Part shown: in pieces, positions 38,104 to 48,536 of the stretch
Numbering within the stretch: position 1 is the stretch's first letter
Layout: each line of letters starts with the position of its first letter
Source of the DNA: Candidatus Kaiserbacteria bacterium
GTDB lineage: Bacteria > Patescibacteriota > Minisyncoccia > Phycocordibacterales > UBA2100
Direction of reading: 5' to 3'
DNA: 64,000 nt
Assembly: GCA_003164215.1 (NCBI GenBank)
Contig: PLSR01000003.1
Coordinates: 28,892-92,891 of the forward strand
Notes under the pieces: generated by a model
What the model was told of the DNA's origin: nothing
What the model saw: the letters and a program-made list of their open reading frames with translations, nothing else
Database searches by the model: none
Made by a program: the position numbers and the translations under genes

Positions 38104-39294
38104 TTACATTGTCGATCCCGCGGTGTTCGACGCAATGACGGACAGCCCCGCCGCGATTCCTGCAATGACAAAGGCGGCGCCGAATGCGACGAACAACGAG
38201 AACAAGCTCGCGACAAAAGCGAAAACGATACACAAAAGTATGCGACCGATGAGTAGTCCGATCTCGCGTACGACTGTATATTCGTCGATGAAATGACCGG
38301 CATCGGATGTTTGTTCGAACGCGCTGTGGTCGGTGCTGATCTTCGGATTGCCCGTGTGAAGATACGCGTCCGCAACGATGATGCTCGCTGGATTGAAGAC
38401 GAGTATTCTGCCGATCCATGCTGAAGATACGATGGCGACGCGAACCGGCAACGAGCGCACGGTGCGCAGGCGTCGTGCGAATCCGTCCATACCGTCGCGA
38501 ACGATGAGAAGAACGAGAAGTGTGAATGAGAGAAGCAAGCCTAGCAGTTCATATGACCATCCAACAATAAGGAAGATCGCTAACGGCCAGATAAGGAGTA
38601 GCGCGGTGCCCTGAATGCCATCGGTGATCGCACCGAACACGAGACGGCGATGCGCGTGGTCGATCAGGCGCGCGAACGTCTCTCGATATCCCCACGGGAA
38701 TCCTTCATATCTGTCCGGGATCCAAATGAGCGGTATGAGCGACAGACTCATCACGAAGCCGGAGATCATGAGCAACCACGAGTCGAGCAAACCATACGAT
38801 ACCAGTAACGTGCCGACGAATGCCGGCATAAGTGCGACACAAATCTCGATAGCAAAGCGGGAGGCAGGCGTCTGAATGGTGCGTCGTTCGATCTCGTAAG
38901 GTACCCAATACAGCGCGCGGTACACACCAAGCGCTATCGCAAAACCGGTGATAGCAACCGTGTAGAAGTAAAAACCATTAAGCGGACCATGAACGACATG
39001 CCCCAATTGGAATGCCTCACCAAGACAAAAGAATGCTACTGCTGCCATTGCAACTCCACAAATTATTTCCCGCAACATGCCGTGCCGAAGCCAACGGGCA
39101 GAGAGCGGTGTGAAAAGCGTGGCAATCGTTTGTGAGAGCGCGTACAGCAACAGTGTGTGCACAATTGCTATGCCGGTATCGCCGGAAACGCGGTAGAAAT
39201 ATTCAAATATGAACAACCATGCAAAAAGATTGCTCGCCGAAAAAGCCATCCGGAGAAGGAGACGATGCGTACGCAACGCAGTGCCGGCATGCAT
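38104..39294 (-). CDS. MFS-like transporter (about 12 TM)
   Basis: 396 aa polytopic membrane protein with two-fold repeat arrangement. Confidence 0.55.
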   Translation of the reverse strand: MHAGTALRTHRLLLRMAFSASNLFAWLFIFEYFYRVSGDTGIAIVHTLLLYALSQTIATLFTPLSARWLRHGMLREIICGVAMAAVAFFCLGEAFQLGHVVHGPLNGFYFYTVAITGFAIALGVYRALYWVPYEIERRTIQTPASRFAIEICVALMPAFVGTLLVSYGLLDSWLLMISGFVMSLSLIPLIWIPDRYEGFPWGYRETFARLIDHAHRRLVFGAITDGIQGTALLLIWPLAIFLIVGWSYELLGLLLSFTLLVLLIVRDGMDGFARRLRTVRSLPVRVAIVSSAWIGRILVFNPASIIVADAYLHTGNPKISTDHSAFEQTSDAGHFIDEYTVVREIGLLIGRILLCIVFAFVASLFSLFVAFGAAFVIAGIAAGLSVIASNTAGSTM

Positions 39295-39295
39295 A

Positions 39296-39700
39296 TTATG
39301 AGATCATCCCTCCCTCGTCTTTTCGTGACCTGGTGAGCGGAGCCGCGAGCGGCAACAGCATGACGAGCGCATATCCGATCCACAAGTTCCAATTCGCGTA
39401 CATCTGCACTCCGCTGAACGGAAGCGTGAATACCGCATCGAGTGCGAGCACGGTGACCGTCCAAAGAACAGCATACGGCAAAATATCCTTCCACGAATTG
39501 AAACGGAGCGCCCTGCCGGCGATGGTCGTTATGATGACGAGCATGACCAGCCGCTCCGCGATCGCCGGAATACCGCCGGCAAATCCGTAAATAGCAAGAG
39601 CATTAGAAAAGAGATACATGATCGCATATATCACAATTCCCCAGGAAAGACGGGAGAGATATTTCATACGTACATTATGTACGACAAACGGACGCACCAT
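39296..39700 (-). CDS. small hypothetical membrane protein (about 4 TM)
   Basis: 134 aa hydrophobic ORF directly upstream of the MFS-like gene. Confidence 0.4.
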   Translation of the reverse strand: MVRPFVVHNVRMKYLSRLSWGIVIYAIMYLFSNALAIYGFAGGIPAIAERLVMLVIITTIAGRALRFNSWKDILPYAVLWTVTVLALDAVFTLPFSGVQMYANWNLWIGYALVMLLPLAAPLTRSRKDEGGMIS

Positions 39701-39774
39701 GATGACATGTGTGGATAGCCGCTACCGATCGCCGTTCGTATGTATTGATCCGTGCCGTCGATCGACGGCTAACA

Positions 39775-40908
39775 CTAATCAGATGTTGAGGTAGATGAAG
39801 ATGTGCTCGCGTCTTGATATGCACCGGTCGATGTCGAGTTGTCCGAAATATCGATAGTCGGTATCGTAATACGCGCTCCAAAATCCGCCTGAGCCTGCGC
39901 CGCGATCTGCACCGCGCGCGTGCCGCGAGTCATTGCCTGAAATGCCTGGAATGCTTGTTTGAGATCTCCATGCGCCAGACTTGTTTTGCCCGCATCCATC
40001 GCCTGCTGAGTCGACGAGGCATCGATCGCCACTTGACCGGTATCCGACGCACTCGATGATGCAGATCCAATGAGATCACTGGCATCATTTAATTGCGATG
40101 CGGCAGCCTGCATCTGACTGTTTATTGCACTACCGATCGATGAGGTCGCATTCGCATTAAGCGCAGAAAATGCGGCGATTCGAGCAATGCGTGCCGAAGC
40201 CGCCTGTGCGCGCACAGCAGCCACAAGTGGCGCGATCACACTTTGAACAGTCGGACTGGTGCTGGCGAGCGCGTCGAGCACTTGTACATGCGCCGAGAGC
40301 GAAGCTTCAAGATCTGATTGAGCATCGGATGCCTGTGCGATGGCAGCGACTTGTGTCGGACTACTGGTGGCTGCCACTGTCGAAGTCGCAGCCGGCGCCG
40401 TTGTCGCGGTCGCCACACTTGCATTGAGGTTCTGCGTCACATCAGCGAGCTGTGTTTGAACTATTTGTACATTGGTCGCGGTCAAGGCGCCTGTAGCCGC
40501 AAGTTTTTCCGCTTCCTCGAGGCGTCTGTTCGCCAAGGTGACGTCCCATTGCGCCTGGGTTTCTCCGGAAGCTGTAAGTACCCGCTCGACCGGCTCGGCC
40601 ACGTTCACTTTGATGCCATACAGCGGATCGCCCGGCAATGAATTTTCCGCCGCATAGGTCGTGCCCGCCCCCGCGACCAATACGATCACGAGCGACATCG
40701 CGACGAGTCGATACCCTGTAAATGCGTGTCGTGATGAAGCCATATCCAGGACGTGCGAACTATATGAAAATGCACGTACCAAAAATGGCGCCCGCGCAGG
40801 GTGTTCATCGATGAATACTGCAAGATCGAGCCGCATTTCGGTGCGTTCTCGACCTGTAAGCGATATTGATCGATGTTTTTTTGCGAGTTTCCTTAAAAAT
40901 TCTTCCAT
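39775..40908 (-). CDS. DUF5667-like membrane-anchored Ala/Ser/Thr-rich protein (possible anti-sigma factor)
   Basis: 377 aa; TM anchor then PGDPLYGIKV motif and a long low-complexity Ala/Ser/Thr/Gln helical region; ECF sigma factor gene nearby. Confidence 0.5.
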   Translation of the reverse strand: MEEFLRKLAKKHRSISLTGRERTEMRLDLAVFIDEHPARAPFLVRAFSYSSHVLDMASSRHAFTGYRLVAMSLVIVLVAGAGTTYAAENSLPGDPLYGIKVNVAEPVERVLTASGETQAQWDVTLANRRLEEAEKLAATGALTATNVQIVQTQLADVTQNLNASVATATTAPAATSTVAATSSPTQVAAIAQASDAQSDLEASLSAHVQVLDALASTSPTVQSVIAPLVAAVRAQAASARIARIAAFSALNANATSSIGSAINSQMQAAASQLNDASDLIGSASSSASDTGQVAIDASSTQQAMDAGKTSLAHGDLKQAFQAFQAMTRGTRAVQIAAQAQADFGARITIPTIDISDNSTSTGAYQDASTSSSTSTSD

Positions 40909-41100
40909 GATGTTCCGTAATACGGTGTCCGTAGAACAGGTTGCACGCTCACGATTATATCCCTTGTCCTCTATTTATGTCATCCATCATGCGCGCGCGA
41001 CACCTCCACATCATTTCGACGTATGAGAACCTCACTTCTTACTGCAAAAGCCCCGGCAGATCGCTCTGTCGGGGCTTTGCGTGTACGGTTGGTTATGGAA

Positions 41101-41457
41101 TTACCAACTGCGGCCGCCGCCGCCGTTGCTACCACCGCGACTACCGCCGCCGTATCCGCCGCGATCATTGCTGCCGCCACGGTATCCGCCGCTGGTCTTC
41201 GGCCGTTCCTCCATCGGGCGCGCCTCATTTACCGTGAGGGTGCGTCCGCCGAAGTCCTTCCCGTTCCACATATCGATCGCGCTCTGCGCTTCCGAATCGG
41301 AAGACATTTCGACGAAGCCGAAACCCTTCGAGCGACCGCTCATCTTGTCCATGATGATGACGGATGACTCGACGGCACCGGCTTGCGCGAATGCGTCCTT
41401 GAGCTGATCGTCGGTCGTGCTGTAGGGCAGCCCGCCGACATAAAGCTTCTTTGCCAT
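41101..41457 (-). CDS. RRM-type RNA-binding protein with Gly/Arg-rich tail
   Basis: 118 aa; RNP2 (LYVGGL) and RNP1 (KGFGFVEM) motifs; GGYRGG/GGYGGG repeats. Confidence 0.8.
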   Translation of the reverse strand: MAKKLYVGGLPYSTTDDQLKDAFAQAGAVESSVIIMDKMSGRSKGFGFVEMSSDSEAQSAIDMWNGKDFGGRTLTVNEARPMEERPKTSGGYRGGSNDRGGYGGGSRGGSNGGGGRSW

Positions 41458-41570
41458 GTGTAATTTCTCAGTACGTATCTGTTTCCTCTAAAAATGTAAA
41501 CCAACCATTTCCTTGCCTTCGCTTTGGAAAAATTACATTCACCGCAACATTAACCTATCCATGGCAACAG

Positions 41571-42119
41571 TCAAGGCCTTTTTGGCGGACTGTTGAAAAG
41601 TATCTTCAATCGCTCTATACCGCGATGTATTCGCACCGAGACGACGTTCTCCGATACCCCAAGCACGCGCGCGATCTCACTCGGCGACATTTCGTCGATA
41701 TAACGCAGGGTAATGACGACACGATACATCTCATCGAGAGATTCGAGTAATTTCAGTGCTTCGCGCACGCCCTGTATTTCCGCCGGATCGGTGATCGATT
41801 CGTCAACAACTTCATATCCGTTTTCCTCCACCATCACATCGAGGGACGATGTGTGTTTTCGTCTTGCGGTATCGACGATTAGATTATTGGCGACGCGGAA
41901 AAGGAATGCCTTGATATGCTCGATCTTTTTCCTATCCGACAGATAGACCCAGGTGCGCGAGAATGCCTCCTGTACGATGTCTTTCGCCCGTTCGCGGTCT
42001 CGCACGCGCAAGAGCACATGCCGGAAAAGTGCGTCCGCATGCGCCTCGTAGGCAGCCAAGAATTCTCGCTCAAGCGCTTCGGCCCATTCTTTTTGGGTAT
42101 CTTTTCTTTTTGACGCCAT
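41571..42119 (-). CDS. ECF-family RNA polymerase sigma factor
   Basis: 182 aa; region 2 and region 4 (PSEIARVLGVSENVVSVRIHRGIERLK). Confidence 0.8.
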   Translation of the reverse strand: MASKRKDTQKEWAEALEREFLAAYEAHADALFRHVLLRVRDRERAKDIVQEAFSRTWVYLSDRKKIEHIKAFLFRVANNLIVDTARRKHTSSLDVMVEENGYEVVDESITDPAEIQGVREALKLLESLDEMYRVVITLRYIDEMSPSEIARVLGVSENVVSVRIHRGIERLKILFNSPPKRP

Positions 42120-42199
42120 ATATAACGTTCAACGCATGTCTCACGTATCAATGATAAGTCGAAGTGGCGTATTGGAGAAGCTCCTATCGGCACGACATG

Positions 42200-43054
42200 C
42201 TACGGCAAAAACGGTGAAATGGAAAGCATGATCGAAAAAATAAGAAGCGTGATAAGCGACAGAAAAAAGACTTGTCGTGCCCATTTTGAATCATCGACCA
42301 CCGTGAATCCGCGGAAACCATATATGAGCCACCATATGCTTGCCGCTCCGACCACGAGCAGAAATACATAGCCGGTATGTGCAACGATCGCGAGCGAGGC
42401 AACGGAGAGCAAAAAGAGGACGATATATATGACAATATTCATTTTTGTGATCTTCAGACCTTTTTCGATCGGTAGTACCGGGATTTTGGCCGCGCGATAG
42501 TCAGCCAAGCGGTTCAGCGCGATCGCATAAAAATGCGGCATCTGCCATACGACGAGTATCAGAAAGAGAAGAAGTCCGGTCGCATCGACACGGTCGGTGA
42601 ACGCCGTATAACCGACAAGTATCGGCACAGCTCCCGAAACACTTCCGACCAATGTTCCCCAATGACCCGCGCGTTTGGTATATGAGTACAGGATGACGTA
42701 AAAAATGAATCCGACGCCGGCGATACATGCCGCAAGAACGTTCACCTCAAAGATCATGAGGCAAAATCCGATGATCCCAAGACACGTCGCGTAAACGAGA
42801 GCGGCGCGATTTGAAATACTTCCGACGACGAGCGCACGACCTCTCGTCCGTTCCATCTTGCCGTCGATAACTCGATCGATGTAATTATTGAACACACATG
42901 CCGATGCGATGACGAGCGCGAGCCCCATTACCGTCATCACGAGCAAAAGCGGATCAATATGCCACCGCGATGCAAAGAGGAACGCCGCGAGCGTCGTAAT
43001 GATATTCCCGTAGACAATTCCCGGCTTGGCGAGATCATAGAAGCGTTTGAACAT
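42200..43054 (-). CDS. cyoE: protoheme IX farnesyltransferase (heme O synthase)
   Basis: 284 aa; UbiA-family motifs (NNYIDRVIDGKMERT); 9 TM. Confidence 0.85.
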   Translation of the reverse strand: MFKRFYDLAKPGIVYGNIITTLAAFLFASRWHIDPLLLVMTVMGLALVIASACVFNNYIDRVIDGKMERTRGRALVVGSISNRAALVYATCLGIIGFCLMIFEVNVLAACIAGVGFIFYVILYSYTKRAGHWGTLVGSVSGAVPILVGYTAFTDRVDATGLLLFLILVVWQMPHFYAIALNRLADYRAAKIPVLPIEKGLKITKMNIVIYIVLFLLSVASLAIVAHTGYVFLLVVGAASIWWLIYGFRGFTVVDDSKWARQVFFLSLITLLIFSIMLSISPFLP

Positions 43055-43062
43055 AATGGCGG

Positions 43063-43458
43063 TTATATCCCCTGTTGATCCTGCATATATTGTTCCATCT
43101 GCGACGGGTCAGCCATCATGCGTTCATTGAGGTGCGTCATGATCCACAGAGATCCGACGACCAGAATGAGAACGATCACGAGAATGGCACCGAGCGCGAT
43201 AAGACGTTCACGCGAGGCAGAAGCCGAGTCAAGATGCAAGAAGCACATGATCTGCACGATGAATTGCACGCCTGCGAGTGATAGCAGAACGACAATGAGC
43301 GGCGAAGCCTGCAACAGGCGATCCACTGCGGTCACATATGCTACGAGTGTGATTATGAGCGAAAGCACGAACCCGATCACATACGAACGCGCGAGTGTAC
43401 GGAAATCTCTCGGCCAAGCGCCGATCTCTTCGAAATAATGTTTGATGTGGTCGGTCAT
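43063..43458 (-). CDS. cyoD: cytochrome o ubiquinol oxidase subunit IV
   Basis: 131 aa; 3 TM; position and size match CyoD. Confidence 0.7.
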   Translation of the reverse strand: MTDHIKHYFEEIGAWPRDFRTLARSYVIGFVLSLIITLVAYVTAVDRLLQASPLIVVLLSLAGVQFIVQIMCFLHLDSASASRERLIALGAILVIVLILVVGSLWIMTHLNERMMADPSQMEQYMQDQQGI

Positions 43459-43462
43459 ATTT

Positions 43463-44086
43463 TTAATTGATCCCCATCATATAGACAATCGTGAAAATGA
43501 ATATCCAAACGATGTCGAGAAAATGCCAGAACAGGCTCATGAGCATCAGCTTGCGAAGATTGCCACGAGTCAGTCCACGCATCACGATCGAAGTCGTTAG
43601 TACGATCATCCAGACGACGCCGAGCGCTACATGCAGCCCGTGCGTGCCGACAAGCGTGAAATACGATGAAAGGAATCCGCTCGTCTGCCATCCAACGCCG
43701 CCCGCGACGAGCCGTCCGAATTCGGAAAGTTCCATGGCAACGAACGATGCGCCCAAAAGTGCAGTTACACCGAGCCAAAACACGACGAATCGCTTGCTAT
43801 TTTTGTGAGCTGAAAGTAGCGCAAGCCCGCAGGTGAAGCTGCTCGACAAAAGCAAGATCGTTTCAGTGAGGATATATGGCGCGTTGAAGATGTCTTTCCC
43901 TGCAGGTCCGCCGAATGTGTTGCCGCGCAAAACTGCATAGACCGCAAAGAGGCTCGCGAAGAGCACGAAGTCCGTCATCAGGAACATCCAGAAGCCGAAG
44001 ACTGTCGTATTATCGGCGGCACGAGATTCGATAGGAAGCTTCTCGTTCCCTATGGTCAATGATTCATGTGCTATAGAGCTTTTCAT
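43463..44086 (-). CDS. cyoC: cytochrome o ubiquinol oxidase subunit III
   Basis: 207 aa; 5 TM; conserved GTHGLHV motif. Confidence 0.8.
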   Translation of the reverse strand: MKSSIAHESLTIGNEKLPIESRAADNTTVFGFWMFLMTDFVLFASLFAVYAVLRGNTFGGPAGKDIFNAPYILTETILLLSSSFTCGLALLSAHKNSKRFVVFWLGVTALLGASFVAMELSEFGRLVAGGVGWQTSGFLSSYFTLVGTHGLHVALGVVWMIVLTTSIVMRGLTRGNLRKLMLMSLFWHFLDIVWIFIFTIVYMMGIN

Positions 44087-46068
44087 ATAGTTGCGTGGCG
44101 ACTATGATGTGCCGCTTCATGGACGCGTATGTGTTCCGCCGAGATGATCTCTTCAGTATCGTCGTCAAACATGCGCAACAGCATCGAAACAAATTCGCCG
44201 ATGAGTCCAAGGATCGCGAGCCACCAGATGTGCCACACGATCCCGAAGCCAATGAGGAAAACGAATCCCGCTATGAAAATTCCGATCGCCGAATTTCTCG
44301 GCATGACGATATCTTCGTAACGATGCGCGGCAACGGTCCCCGATTGTTTCGCAGTCCAGAACGCATCACGTCCGTGTACGACTGGCAGCACGGCGAAGTT
44401 ATATGCGGGCGGCGGCGAAGAGGTCGACCATTCAAGCGATCTGCCGCCCCACGGATCTCCCGTCGTATCGCGATTCTTGTGCCGATTCTTGATGCTTACG
44501 TACATCTGGATCACTTGGCATATAAGTCCGAGACCAATGATCGCGGCTCCGATCCCTGCGACGATGAACAAGGGCTGCCATCCGAGATTTGCAGCGTAGT
44601 GATCGAGGCGGCGCGTCGCACCCATGAATCCGAGAATATACAGTGGGCCGAAGGCAAGAATGAAACCGACAAGCCATGCCCAAAATGCACGTTTGCCCCA
44701 GCGTTCATCGAGTGTGAATCCGAATATCTTTGGGAACCAAAAAGTGAAACCCGCGAAGTAGCCGAAAAGGACGCCGCTCACGATCATCGTATGGAAATGC
44801 GCGACGAGAAAGAGGCTGTTGTGCAGTTGGAAATCCGCCGCAGGCTCGGCGAGCAACACTCCCGCTACACCACCCAAAGTGAAGAGGACGACGAAGCCCA
44901 TGAACCAGAGCATCGGCGACGTGAATCGAATGCGTCCGCGATACATCGTGAAGAGCCAGTTGAATATCTTCACACCCGTCGGTATCGCGATCACTGCCGT
45001 CATTATGCCGAAGAACGCGTTCACGTCGCCGCCCGCGCCCATGGTGAAGAAGTGATGCAGCCACACGGTGAACGAAAGGAACACGATCGCGATGACCGAG
45101 AGCACCATCGAGGTATAGCCGGCAAGTTTCTTTCCCGAGAATACCGGAACGACTTCGGAGAATATCCCGAATGCCGGCAAGATCAAGATATAAACTTCCG
45201 GATGACCCCACGCCCAGATGAGGTTCACGTACATCATCATGTTGCCTCCACCGCCCGCAGTGAAGAAGTGCATACCGAGTGTGCGATCGAGCGCAAGCAA
45301 CGCCAAAGTCGCGGTCAAGATCGGAAATGCGAATACGACGAGCGACATCGCCCCGAGGACCGTCCAGCTGAACATCGGCATGCGCATAAAGGTCATGCCG
45401 GACGCGCGATTCTTGACGATCGTGACAAGAAAATTGATGCCACTAAGCAGACTTCCGAGCCCGCCGATCTGCAGGCTCCATATCCAATAATCGACGCCCG
45501 AGGTCGGGCTGAACGCGAGCTCGGAAAGCGGCGGATACGAGAGCCAGCCCGCCGTCGAGAAATCACCCACGATGAGCGAGAGATTGATGAGCGCGGCGCC
45601 AGCGACGAAGAGCCAGAAACTCACTGAATTCAAGAAGGGGAACGCGACGTCGCGCGAGCCGATCTGCAACGGCACGACGAGATTGATAAGGCCGAACATG
45701 AGCCCCATCGCGACGAAGAAGATCATGATGGAACCGTGCGCCGAGAAGATCTGTTGGAAATGGCTCGCGCTTAATATTCCCTGTGATGCGCCGACGGATG
45801 TCGCCTGTTGTGCACGCATCAGGAATGCATCTGCACTGCCGCGCACGAGCATGACGACCGATACCGCGATGTACATCACGCCGATCTTCTTGGGGTCGAG
45901 CGAGGTGAACCAATGCTTCCACAGGTAACCCCATTTTTTGTAGTAGGTAATAAGGAAAATTATGGCAAAGCCGACGAGCACCATGAATATGCCTCCGCCC
46001 ATAGCTATCGGGCTTTGCGGAAAGACCGACCACGAGAGCTTGCCAAATATGAATTCAGTCCAGTTCAT
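44083..46068 (-). CDS. cyoB: cytochrome o ubiquinol oxidase subunit I (heme-copper oxidase catalytic subunit)
   Basis: start set at [12 protein letters not shown] (ATGA overlap with the cyoA stop); [17 protein letters not shown] and heme/CuB His ligands. Confidence 0.9.
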   Translation of the reverse strand: MNWTEFIFGKLSWSVFPQSPIAMGGGIFMVLVGFAIIFLITYYKKWGYLWKHWFTSLDPKKIGVMYIAVSVVMLVRGSADAFLMRAQQATSVGASQGILSASHFQQIFSAHGSIMIFFVAMGLMFGLINLVVPLQIGSRDVAFPFLNSVSFWLFVAGAALINLSLIVGDFSTAGWLSYPPLSELAFSPTSGVDYWIWSLQIGGLGSLLSGINFLVTIVKNRASGMTFMRMPMFSWTVLGAMSLVVFAFPILTATLALLALDRTLGMHFFTAGGGGNMMMYVNLIWAWGHPEVYILILPAFGIFSEVVPVFSGKKLAGYTSMVLSVIAIVFLSFTVWLHHFFTMGAGGDVNAFFGIMTAVIAIPTGVKIFNWLFTMYRGRIRFTSPMLWFMGFVVLFTLGGVAGVLLAEPAADFQLHNSLFLVAHFHTMIVSGVLFGYFAGFTFWFPKIFGFTLDERWGKRAFWAWLVGFILAFGPLYILGFMGATRRLDHYAANLGWQPLFIVAGIGAAIIGLGLICQVIQMYVSIKNRHKNRDTTGDPWGGRSLEWSTSSPPPAYNFAVLPVVHGRDAFWTAKQSGTVAAHRYEDIVMPRNSAIGIFIAGFVFLIGFGIVWHIWWLAILGLIGEFVSMLLRMFDDDTEEIISAEHIRVHEAAHHSRHATI

Positions 46069-47045
46069 TGCATTGGTGCGTCGCCCATTGGCATATTCAT
46101 GCCGTTCATATCGTTTGAAGATGCCGACGTCGGTGCCAGCGTCGCAGCCATATCCGCCGCTGACATATATTTCATGGTGATCGCAGTATACAGGCTCGCA
46201 TCTATTGGCGCATAGATCGCAACGGCGTTGTACGTGCTCGGCGCAACGAGAGACGCGTATACGGCATTTGTGAGCGGCGTTGATGATGCCTTTACGCCGT
46301 TGATCCATGATTCAAAATCACTCTCTGAAACCGCGTGCACAGCAAATGTCATCCCTGCGAATCCCGCTCCACTGATGTTTCCCGAGACGCCGTTGAATAC
46401 GCCCGCATTGCTTGCGAGCAGATTAAGCTGGGTCGTCATGCCCGGCATGACCATGATCTGGCCGCCCAAGGCCGGTATCCAAAACGAATTCATCGGCGCG
46501 TCGGCGGTCAATTCAAAATGGACCGGACTGTTCACCGGGATCTCAAGATAATTGACCGTTGCGATACCCTCCTCCGGATAAATGAAAAGCCATTTCCAAT
46601 CGAGCGCGACGACTTGGATCGTCATCGGTGCATTCGATCCCTTAAGCGGCACATACGGATCAAGCGCATGCGCGCTCTGCCACGCGACGACGGCCAATAC
46701 CGCAATGATCGCCGTCGGTGCGAGCCACCACGAAAATTCGAGCCATGCGCTCGAGTGATCCCATTCGGGGCGATGATGTTTGGCGGTCTCCGGATTGGAT
46801 GCGCGATATTTCCAGGCGAACCAAAAGAGAAGCACGAAGACCGGCACGACGATGATCGCGCACAAGAGCAACGTGATATACATCACTGACAGTTCCCCAC
46901 TGGCGACCGGCCCCTGCGGCTCAAGCACCGGAATATTCGCTCCGTGCAAATACGCGACCGTCGCCCACACCGCCGCGACAAGAGCCAGCACCACTGCCAC
47001 GATGAATGATCGGTTCATCATTGTGGGATTAAGTGTAGCATCCAA
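46065..47045 (-). CDS. cyoA: ubiquinol oxidase subunit II (no CuA cysteines)
   Basis: 326 aa; two N-terminal TM then cupredoxin fold lacking the CuA Cys/His motif, which indicates the quinol-oxidase type. Confidence 0.8.
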   Translation of the reverse strand: MDATLNPTMMNRSFIVAVVLALVAAVWATVAYLHGANIPVLEPQGPVASGELSVMYITLLLCAIIVVPVFVLLFWFAWKYRASNPETAKHHRPEWDHSSAWLEFSWWLAPTAIIAVLAVVAWQSAHALDPYVPLKGSNAPMTIQVVALDWKWLFIYPEEGIATVNYLEIPVNSPVHFELTADAPMNSFWIPALGGQIMVMPGMTTQLNLLASNAGVFNGVSGNISGAGFAGMTFAVHAVSESDFESWINGVKASSTPLTNAVYASLVAPSTYNAVAIYAPIDASLYTAITMKYMSAADMAATLAPTSASSNDMNGMNMPMGDAPMQ

Positions 47046-47411
47046 CTAATCATCATCCCCCACATTATTATCTTCCCTATTACCCGATTCAACATGCGAC
47101 CTGACAATCGAAGATAATTCTGCCCATTCGTTTTCTGAAAGCAACCGCCTCGGAAACATTATGAATTGCCGATCTGAAACGTAGAGAAGAAGCACTTTGT
47201 TATCTTGCACAAAACGCACATACGCTTTCCAATAAGCCTCGCCAGTACCTATTTCTGGAGTGTCTGTATGAACACCCATTTCTGTGATCTCGAAATTATG
47301 CTGAACTCGCAGACTAGGGGCCCTTTGGAAGGCGTTCTTGGTTTTAAAACGCAAATAAATATATGGGAACGTCAAAAGATAACCGCTGACAATGAGTTCT
47401 AAAATCCCCAT
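47046..47411 (-). CDS. hypothetical protein
   Basis: 121 aa; an in-frame hydrophobic segment lies upstream of the called Met but has no canonical start codon. Confidence 0.35.
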   Translation of the reverse strand: MGILELIVSGYLLTFPYIYLRFKTKNAFQRAPSLRVQHNFEITEMGVHTDTPEIGTGEAYWKAYVRFVQDNKVLLLYVSDRQFIMFPRRLLSENEWAELSSIVRSHVESGNREDNNVGDDD

Positions 47412-47627
47412 CGAAACTGCAAAAGCGTTGCCGAGAAATAGAAATACTATTCCAATAACAAGAAAGACTACACCAAAAACTATCGGGATAAACCTCCACC
47501 TGTAATATGAATAAAATAACCTCTACGCATCATAATAATCTTTCTCCGTATATTGTAGGCTCAACTTCATAGAATCTAGGAAAAATGGTTTTAAGTCCCT
47601 TTCCCTCGTAAAGAAGTATAATACGGC

Positions 47628-48203
47628 ATGGTTAACGACGCGAACTGCATTATCATTCACGGCTGTCCTTCGAGCCCAGAGGGTCAAATAAATATTCAGA
47701 CTCGCTCATACGACAAGCACTGGATCCCGTGGGTTCGGGAGCAATTGAACGAGCAGGGCGTCCCGACGATATCGCCGCGAATGCCGGATCCCTGGGCGCC
47801 GGATTATGACGCTTATCGGAAAGAATTCGAGAAGTATCCGATCTCGGGGAAAACAATTCTCATCGGACATAGTTGCGGGTGCGCTTTTCTCGTTCGCTGG
47901 CTCGGCGACTCAAAACAAAAGATAGATACCTTGGTACTCGTCGCACCGTGGAAAATTCCGAAGGAGGGCGATACAGGCCGCAAAGCGTTTTACGATTATC
48001 CGATCGACGAGACGATCAAATCGCGTGTCCGCAAGATCGTGATGTTCACGTCAGATAACGATGAGGAGGACGGTAAAAGAAGCCTGAAAATTTTCCATGC
48101 TGCGCTTGGCGGGAAAATTGTAAATCTGCACGGCAAAGGCCACTACATCGGCCAGGATATGGGCAATCAAGAGTTTCCAGAACTGCTCAAGGAACTGGAT
48201 TAG
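47628..48203 (+). CDS. alpha/beta-hydrolase fold serine hydrolase (YdeN/RBBP9-like)
   Basis: 191 aa; IIHG oxyanion region and GHSCG nucleophile elbow. Confidence 0.65.
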   Translation: MVNDANCIIIHGCPSSPEGQINIQTRSYDKHWIPWVREQLNEQGVPTISPRMPDPWAPDYDAYRKEFEKYPISGKTILIGHSCGCAFLVRWLGDSKQKIDTLVLVAPWKIPKEGDTGRKAFYDYPIDETIKSRVRKIVMFTSDNDEEDGKRSLKIFHAALGGKIVNLHGKGHYIGQDMGNQEFPELLKELD

Positions 48204-48225
48204 CAAAGTGGATAAACTCGATTCC

Positions 48226-48257
48226 AAAAAAAGCGCCTCGACAATTGCCGAGGCGAA
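48226..48257 (-). terminator. possible intrinsic terminator, minus orientation
   Basis: CGCCTCG-N8-CGAGGCG hairpin; the minus strand reads hairpin then CTTTTTTT. Confidence 0.4.
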
Positions 48258-48463
48258 AAGAAGTGGACAGAGTTATTTAGGCGCCCCTGCCGAAGCAGCT
48301 TCACCCCTTGCGGGAAGGTCACTGTCATGCCCTGTCCTCATATATCGTAAATCCTTTGCGGCAAATTGCAAAGGACTTATTGCTGACATCTACATTGCAA
48401 ATGTAGCGCTCCCCGCCCGAACAACTGAATCGTTCAGTCGGGCGGGTACCAACTGAACTCATG

Positions 48464-48536
48464 TGGACCGTGCCGGTTTCGAACCGGCTACCTCCGCATT
48501 GCAAATGCGGCGCTCTACCAATTGAGCTAACGGCCC
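48464..48536 (-). tRNA. tRNA-Ala (anticodon UGC); CCA not encoded
   Basis: folded by hand: 7-bp acceptor stem with G3:U70, D-loop AGCTCAATTGGTAGAGC, anticodon stem-loop CCGCA-TTTGCAA-TGCGG, T-arm GGTTCGAAACC, discriminator A. Confidence 0.85.

Noticed and set aside
44095-45627. 510-aa ORF on the plus strand
   Set aside because: It is antisense to the highly conserved cyoB gene. Its translation is low-complexity and Arg/Glu/Asp/His-rich, typical of the complement of a GC-rich membrane-protein gene.
44083-46308. 741-aa version of cyoB with an 80-residue N-terminal extension, and similar 5' extensions of uvrA, murB, ung, uvrC, rplM, infA, rplU and the YqeY gene
   Set aside because: The extensions lack homology and overlap upstream genes. 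Internal Met codons give canonical N-termini; for cyoB the internal Met gives an ATGA overlap with cyoA.
48208-48456. 82-aa plus-strand ORF between the hydrolase gene and tRNA-Ala
   Set aside because: The region is made of consecutive strong hairpins and reads as structured non-coding sequence. No RBS, and no support for coding.
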